Assembly: GCA_963737905.1 (NCBI GenBank)
Contig: CAVTUQ010000022.1
Coordinates: 32,001-96,000, forward strand
DNA: 64,000 nt
Source of the DNA: an uncultured delta proteobacterium
GTDB lineage: Bacteria > Desulfobacterota > Binatia > UBA9968
Reading direction: 5' to 3'
A program made the translations under genes and the position numbers. This document shows positions 63,328-64,000 of the stretch, in pieces. The notes beneath the pieces are model-generated. The model was not told the DNA's origin, ran no database searches, and was given only the letters and a program-made list of their open reading frames with translations. Positions within the stretch are counted from its first letter, which is position 1; every line of letters begins with the position of its first letter.

Positions 63328-64000
63328 ATGTCGATTGTAACTATTTCTCACGCTCCATACAGCGGCGGTAGCGAGATCGCTGAAAAATTGGCCGCGGTTT
63401 TGAATTTCAGATGTGTTGATCGTGAAGTTCTGCTAGAAGCCAGCCGTCGTTATGGCATTCCCGAAGCCAAATACACGGAGGTTCTCGAGGCGGAAGGCCA
63501 TTGGTGGGAGCGATGGATGGAGAGCCTGCGACTGTATCGAATCACGCTCCAAGCGGCCATGTGCGAGGTGGCGCAAGGGGGTCGACTGATTTACTACGGC
63601 CGAGCAGGTCAAGAGCTTTTTCCTGGGGTACGGCATGTCCTGAAGGTTTTGATCGTTGCTCCCATGGAGTATCGGATACAGGAAGTAAAAGTACGAAAAG
63701 GCCTCGAGGGGGAAAACGCAAGACACTTTGTTCGTGAACTCGACCGGGTTCGGGGCCGCAGGCTAAGGGCACTATTCAATACGGATTGGCAAGATCCGGT
63801 GGGCTACGATCTCGTCATAAACAGCTCTAGAATACATACGGATAGTGCTGCGCATTTGATCAGTGAGACAGTGGGCAGGGAAGAATTTCAGCCCACACCG
63901 CAATCTGAAAAAGCCTTTCAGGATCTTATGATGACGGCGCGGGTACAGGCCGCGCTCATAACGTCGCCGAAAACACGCAACATTATTCTCAACGTCCACA
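63328..64000 (+). CDS. Cytidylate-kinase-like family protein (runs off the window; absent from the ORF track)
   Basis: RBS AAGGAGG; MSIVTISHAPYSGGSEIAEKLA..DREVL..YYGRAG..YDLVINS. Confidence 0.88.
   Translation, partial: MSIVTISHAPYSGGSEIAEKLAAVLNFRCVDREVLLEASRRYGIPEAKYTEVLEAEGHWWERWMESLRLYRITLQAAMCEVAQGGRLIYYGRAGQELFPGVRHVLKVLIVAPMEYRIQEVKVRKGLEGENARHFVRELDRVRGRRLRALFNTDWQDPVGYDLVINSSRIHTDSAAHLISETVGREEFQPTPQSEKAFQDLMMTARVQAALITSPKTRNIILNVH

Overview
Bacterial chromosomal window. Gene style suggests a Deltaproteobacteria-like, possibly Ca. Binatia, genome (inference). Many single-base frameshifts probably reflect assembly error. Contents in order: (1) 1-13.1 kb, a Tad/Flp pilus operon (cpaA-cpaB-cpaC-cpaE-tadA-tadB-tadC) extended by DUF192, two GT-C-like membrane glycosyltransferases, a prenyltransferase-fold protein and a Tat-exported DUF362 protein. 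(2) 13.2-22.2 kb, minus strand, an uncharacterised signalling cascade: an operon encoding an MshEN-ATPase, a sigma54 activator and an aspartyl protease (perfect sigma70 promoter), followed by an operon with a sigma54 promoter encoding a repeat-containing membrane protein, a coiled-coil protein, a DUF4388/PATAN-like protein, a HAMP receptor with no output domain and a substrate-binding protein-LysM fusion. This is the best candidate for an undescribed system. (3) A SPOR lipoprotein, gatCAB, rnhB, yraN and serS. (4) A 16.4-kb aryl-polyene-type biosynthetic cluster directly after serS. (5) An FN3 protein, an ISL3 element and gene remnants. (6) tRNA-Ser(TGA), tRNA-Ser(GCT) and tRNA-Arg(ACG), separated by cargo (an Fe/polyamine-type ABC transporter; a decarboxylase-RidA-amidohydrolase islet with an att-like repeat). 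(7) Small hypothetical and receiver-domain genes and a cytidylate-kinase-like gene cut by the window end. All family calls come from motif recognition by eye, not from database searches.
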